The position numbers and the translations under genes were made by a program. A stretch of DNA of 64,000 nucleotides from an uncultured Verrucomicrobiae bacterium (GTDB lineage Bacteria; Verrucomicrobiota; Verrucomicrobiia; Chthoniobacterales; UBA10450), in contig CAVWPA010000003.1 in the NCBI GenBank assembly GCA_963756875.1, positions 1,472,001 to 1,536,000 on the forward strand, read 5' to 3'. How positions within the stretch are numbered: position 1 is the stretch's first letter; each line of letters starts with the position of its first letter. This document shows, one piece after another, positions 60,872-64,000 of the stretch. The notes under the pieces are model-generated. The model was not told where the DNA came from and searched no databases. It saw only the letters and a program-made list of their open reading frames with translations.

Positions 60872-61267
60872 CTTTGCTCGCACGCGTTCTTTCATGTCGG
60901 TGTACGCAGTATCGATTAGCTTCGTTAGAGCCGTGGCATCGAAGTCACGATCGGGTCGGAGCTTCACGTGACGCATAAACTTGCCTGTGCCTTCCAACAG
61001 ACCCTCCGGATCGGCTATTTCGGCGCCACGAAAGAATCCGACATTCACGTGCGCTTTGAAAACGTTGACGTACCCGAATGCCGCGTCAGCTATACACGCC
61101 GTTGGATGGCCATCATGCAACAGTTCTCGCACATCGTCTCCACACTTACGCATAACCTCAAACCAATGCCGCGCGATTACACCCAATTCCTCTGTATGCG
61201 CTTTCATCCAGGTCTCGATGGTTGGATCACGCTTAACCGAACCGGAGAACCGCAGGAGCTGATTCAT
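60866..61267 (-). CDS. Cassette gene: DUF1801 domain protein
   Basis: HVNVGFFRGA and LLEGTGKFMRHVKL motifs; stop lies in R''. Confidence 0.88.
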   Translation of the reverse strand: MNQLLRFSGSVKRDPTIETWMKAHTEELGVIARHWFEVMRKCGDDVRELLHDGHPTACIADAAFGYVNVFKAHVNVGFFRGAEIADPEGLLEGTGKFMRHVKLRPDRDFDATALTKLIDTAYTDMKERVRAKG

Positions 61268-61346
61268 GACCGTTACACAAGAAACAGAGTGTGGGAGTAA
61301 TTCGGGGTCTTGGGCCTAACGGGAACAAGATGAGCGACGGCTTCCG

Positions 61347-61504
61347 TTGCTACAACAATACGGCGGGAGTGCGCGAGCGCAGCGAATGGAGCTGCGGGTC
61401 AAGCGACATGGAAGGTAAAACGACGAGGGTAGGAGCGAGTGAGTGTGGGCAACGAACGAGTTTCAATCGCACTAGGGAAGCCGGGGTCTTGGATAAAATC
61501 CAAG
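61347..61504. mobile_element. 158-bp non-coding element inserted in attC 12, flanked by CG
   Basis: Second copy of 59364-59520. Confidence 0.75.
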
Positions 61505-61528
61505 CGAGGGCGCCCGTCGCTCGGAGTG

Positions 61529-61598
61529 AATGGAGTGGACTGTCAAGCCACGACATAGACGGGAAGCCCGGAGGGGATGGGAGCAGCGCGACCATATC
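61529..61598. mobile_element. 70-bp insert in the attC 12 loop
   Basis: Its removal restores the CGTC-N22-TCAT spacing seen in attC 9, 10 and 13. Confidence 0.6.
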
Positions 61599-61668
61599 AA
61601 AGTGTGGAAGTCATCTCAAAAAGTGGAGGGTACAACGGTCCGCCGTTCGCTCCATCGCATGGTTAGGC

Positions 61669-62052
61669 CTATTCGAGCGCACTGATCGTGAGATAGTATC
61701 CATCAGGGTCCCTGAGTGAGAATTCCCTTGTTTGAGTGTTCGGGTTCACGTGGGGCTCCTCCTCGAGCCGAGCGACGAGAGCGCGTGCCCTTGGCAGCGC
61801 CATGTCAAAATCATCGACACGGAAAAACAAGAGGAGGCCGTTGCCAGGTGTCGCCCGCTCCGGGCTCATCAACGACGGATGCTCGTGCGTGCCCCATTGG
61901 TGGAGGCAGAGCAGGACAGTTCCATCCGAATCGAGGATCTGACCAAAGTAGGCATGGCCCGGTTGTGTCTCGGGCTGGCCGAAGAGCGACTGGTACCATT
62001 TGAAGCTACTTGGTACATCGCTTACGCCGATGATCGTCCACGTGCGTTTCAT
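61669..62052 (-). CDS. Cassette gene: VOC/glyoxalase family protein
   Basis: GNGLLLFFRVDD and REFSLRDPDGY motifs. Confidence 0.9.
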   Translation of the reverse strand: MKRTWTIIGVSDVPSSFKWYQSLFGQPETQPGHAYFGQILDSDGTVLLCLHQWGTHEHPSLMSPERATPGNGLLLFFRVDDFDMALPRARALVARLEEEPHVNPNTQTREFSLRDPDGYYLTISALE

Positions 62053-62068
62053 AGCATTTACGCTGCTG

Positions 62069-62191
62069 GCCTAACGAGACAAAGCTGAGCTGCGGCTGCC
62101 GGAGCCGAGCGTCAAATGCAGTGTGGAGGTTTTGATCATGGAAAATGGAATTGCACAGCGGGTAGCCGTTCGCTCCAGCGCTTGGTTAGGC
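62069..62191 (-). other. attC 13 (123 bp)
   Basis: GCCTAAC-N8-GCTGAGC...GCTCCAGC-N5-GTTAGGC. Confidence 0.92.
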
Positions 62192-62686
62192 GTTTCGCGT
62201 CTCATTGGCTGAGAAACGTTGCATGGGCACAAAGCGAATACCGTGAACGCACTGCTCTGAACCAGTGACACGAAAACCTAAACGCTCGTAGGCAGAAACG
62301 GCATTCGGTGAAGAGCTGACAGTGAACTCGCAATCCGTATCGCCAGCTAGCGTGCTCGCAGCCGCGAGCAGCCCACGGCCGATGCCGCTGCACTGCCGGG
62401 AAGACTGAACAAAGAGCATGGCGACGTGGCAAGGCTCGCGCAAATGAAGCATGCCGATCAACTTGCCCGAGTGCTCGGCGACTAAGGTGATGTGACCAGA
62501 CTCGTGACGCTGCGAAAGGGCCTCAGCAGAAGCATAGCGGTGAAACTCCGTGACGCCCTCGGTTTGGTAGTGCGGTGCGACAAACTGGTCGAACGCCTCG
62601 CGCGCAAGAGAAGACACGGCTGCGATTTCCGACGGGTGAATCTGGCGATAAATTACCGAACTCACGATGGGCGAAATGGCTTTCAT
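62186..62686 (-). CDS. Cassette gene: GNAT acetyltransferase
   Basis: MLFVQSSRQCSGIGRGL and SSPNAVSAYERLGF motifs; stop lies in R''. Confidence 0.85.
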   Translation of the reverse strand: MKAISPIVSSVIYRQIHPSEIAAVSSLAREAFDQFVAPHYQTEGVTEFHRYASAEALSQRHESGHITLVAEHSGKLIGMLHLREPCHVAMLFVQSSRQCSGIGRGLLAAASTLAGDTDCEFTVSSSPNAVSAYERLGFRVTGSEQCVHGIRFVPMQRFSANETRNA

Positions 62687-62708
62687 TTACACGAGGTGCG
62701 CAGCAAAG

Positions 62709-62801
62709 ACCTAACGACCCAAGCTCAGCGACCCGGCCCGCGGGACGCGTGGATTGCAACCAGAGCGCGATGGCCGGGTTCGCTGTAGCGCATGGTTAGG
62801 C
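62709..62801 (-). other. attC 14 (93 bp, different sequence type)
   Basis: ACCTAAC-N7-GCTCAGCGACCCGGCC...GGCCGGGTTCGCTGTAGC-N5-GTTAGGC. Confidence 0.92.
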
Positions 62802-62814
62802 CTCGTTCCTTGAT

Positions 62815-63252
62815 TCACGGGTGATCTCCGCAATGGTTTTGAACAGTAATTCTTTCTTGATTGGTTTGCTTCAGCTTGCGATTCCGACGAGCGCCGACGA
62901 TGGCACAAGCAACCCCAACAAAGAAGCAGAGGCGAAACAGATTGATGACAAAAAAAGAAACTGAACGGAATGTGCCCGGCGGCATAGACTCCGCCGCCGG
63001 TGCGAGCGGGAGAGGTGCAACGATACCGAGCAGAATCAGGAGAACGCCAAGTGGCACCAGAATGGATTTCTTCGGTGCCGACGATATCCACATCCAAAAA
63101 CCCGAAAGGACTATGAAAGGCAGGGCGACATATCGAACAATGGGCGCGTAATTCGGAAGTTGTTCAAACGGACTGTAAATGTAACCGAGTATCGGAATGC
63201 CGAAAATAATGTGAATCCAGCGAAGGATCGAACGTTTGGTAGCATTACTCAT
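62815..63252 (-). CDS. Cassette gene: hypothetical four-TM membrane protein
   Basis: KRSILRWIH...GYIYSP; fills the inter-attC space. Confidence 0.7.
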   Translation of the reverse strand: MSNATKRSILRWIHIIFGIPILGYIYSPFEQLPNYAPIVRYVALPFIVLSGFWMWISSAPKKSILVPLGVLLILLGIVAPLPLAPAAESMPPGTFRSVSFFVINLFRLCFFVGVACAIVGARRNRKLKQTNQERITVQNHCGDHP

Positions 63253-63300
63253 AATTGGTTGATATATCTATTTATCGGCAAAAGCGCATCAATTACTCTA

Positions 63301-63428
63301 GCCTAACGAGACAAAGATAAGCTACGGCCACCAGCGCTGAGGCCAATCTGTGGAGGAAGTAAGTAAATCATCGAAAAGCATGTCCAAGGCGTACCGCAGT
63401 GGCCGTTAGCTTCATCGTGTGGTTAGAT
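63301..63428 (-). other. attC 15 (128 bp)
   Basis: GCCTAAC-N8-GATAAGCTACGGCCAC...GTGGCCGTTAGCTTCATC-N5-GTTAGAT. Confidence 0.92.
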
Positions 63429-63441
63429 GCGGACGTGAAAA

Positions 63442-63657
63442 TCACAGATCGTTTGGCGTCAGACCTGTTCTCTTCGCAATGCGCGCCAGCATGCGGGGAC
63501 CAATCTCCTCCGAATCGTGAAATGCGAACACGGTGTCCGGCCAGCCCGGCCGTGACAGAATCCGGTGAGAGCCTCCGCTCTCGCGCTTGATGGTCCAGCC
63601 GATCCGCAGCAGCGCGGCCAGAACTCGGCGCGCTTTTGCAGAACCCCATTGGCTCAT
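63442..63657 (-). CDS. hicA: HicA-family toxin
   Basis: LLRIGW, GSH motif and EEIGPRMLARIAK. Confidence 0.9.
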   Translation of the reverse strand: MSQWGSAKARRVLAALLRIGWTIKRESGGSHRILSRPGWPDTVFAFHDSEEIGPRMLARIAKRTGLTPNDL

Positions 63658-63863
63658 GCCGTGGCGACGGAGAAAACTTGGTCAATCTCGGGGGAATTCT
63701 CGCCCTGCTCAATACGCTCGGCTAAAACACGGAGCCCGAGCGCCTGAACCCGCGCAACCGCTTCCTGGCGCGAACTCCCGTACGCCAGTGCGCCGGGAAT
63801 CTGTGGAACCTCGGCGATCCAACGGCCATCTGTCTCTTGCTCGGTCTCGACTGTGAACTTCAC
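63654..63863 (-). CDS. hicB: HicB-family antitoxin (short form)
   Basis: EQETDGRWIAEVPQIPGALAYG; GTG start; ATGA overlap with hicA. Confidence 0.88.
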   Translation of the reverse strand: MKFTVETEQETDGRWIAEVPQIPGALAYGSSRQEAVARVQALGLRVLAERIEQGENSPEIDQVFSVATA

Positions 63864-63869
63864 AATACA

Positions 63870-63898
63870 ATTATGCCGCAAATAGCGAGAGAGCACAA
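63870..63898 (-). promoter_or_regulatory. Putative promoter of the hicBA cassette (leaderless)
   Basis: TTGTGC-N17-CATAAT ends 6 nt before the GTG start; no RBS. Confidence 0.55.
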
Positions 63899-63911
63899 GC
63901 CAGGCCTCACC

Positions 63912-64000
63912 ATCTAACGAGAACAAGATGAGCGACGGCTTCCGTTTGTTACAACAATACGGCGGGAGTGCGTGATAATCGCACTCAGCGGTTCGCAGGC
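63912..64000 (-). other. attC 16 (truncated by the window edge), carrying a variant of the 157-bp element from 63945
   Basis: ATCTAACGAGAACAAGATGAGCGACGGCTTCCG followed by TTTGTTACAACAATACGGCGGGAGTGCG. Confidence 0.85.

Larger units (their letters stand above)
61314..61668 (-). other. attC 12 (355 bp; 125 bp after removing two inserts)
   Basis: GCCTAAC-N8-GATGAGCGACGGC...GCCGTTCGCTCCATC-N5-GTTAGGC. Confidence 0.88.
53510..64000 (-). mobile_element. Integron-type gene cassette array; integrase and attI not within the window
   Basis: Co-oriented minus-strand ORFs alternate with imperfect palindromes bounded by RYYTAAC...GTTAGRY. Stops fall inside or next to R'' (60866, 61669, 62186), a start lies inside R' (57747), and a TA cassette is present. 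Confidence 0.92.

Noticed and set aside
59313..61719. Plus-strand ORFs 59313-59684 and 61291-61719 sharing TAGVRERSEWSCGSSDMEGK..., and their minus-strand counterparts
   Set aside because: The shared peptide is only the translated 157-bp insert; starts and ends differ and run through attC arms.
53510..64000. CRISPR array interpretation of the recurring GCCTAACGAGA motif
   Set aside because: The repeats are degenerate 93-355 bp palindromes separated by whole genes, and there are no cas genes.
1..64000. tRNA, rRNA, integrase or transposase genes
   Set aside because: None recognisable by eye or in the ORF track; small RNAs could be missed without covariance searches.

Overview
This is a GC-rich bacterial chromosomal segment. 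PEP-CTERM proteins, a Gld-like ABC module and paired CNNM genes suggest a Verrucomicrobiota/Chthoniobacterales-like host (inference only). Bases 1-53,400 are mostly housekeeping: ubiE, an ABC exporter module, degP-like protease, sucA-sucB-lpdA, MFS, four tandem outer-membrane beta-barrel paralogs with hypervariable loops, recO, pxpBCA, thrS, pcm and LPS genes. This part carries many GTAG-type REP/REPIN hairpins and short tandem repeats, several inserted in frame inside sucA, sucB, thrS and a YyaL-like gene. From about 53,500 to the right edge is an integron-type gene cassette array on the minus strand with 16 complete, degenerate or edge-truncated attC sites. No integrase is in the window, and the array decays towards the left. 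The most notable observation is that the attC sites are themselves invaded by small non-coding elements. (i) A structured 157-158 bp element is inserted at the same CG dinucleotide of different attC sites (two full copies, 131/134 nt identical in the core, plus an edge-truncated variant). (ii) A related 70-bp element sits in one attC. (iii) A 24-45 bp hairpin is inserted at the same L-box-adjacent position of five attC sites and in a REP inside sucB. Removing these inserts restores the array-typical 121-125 bp attC length.
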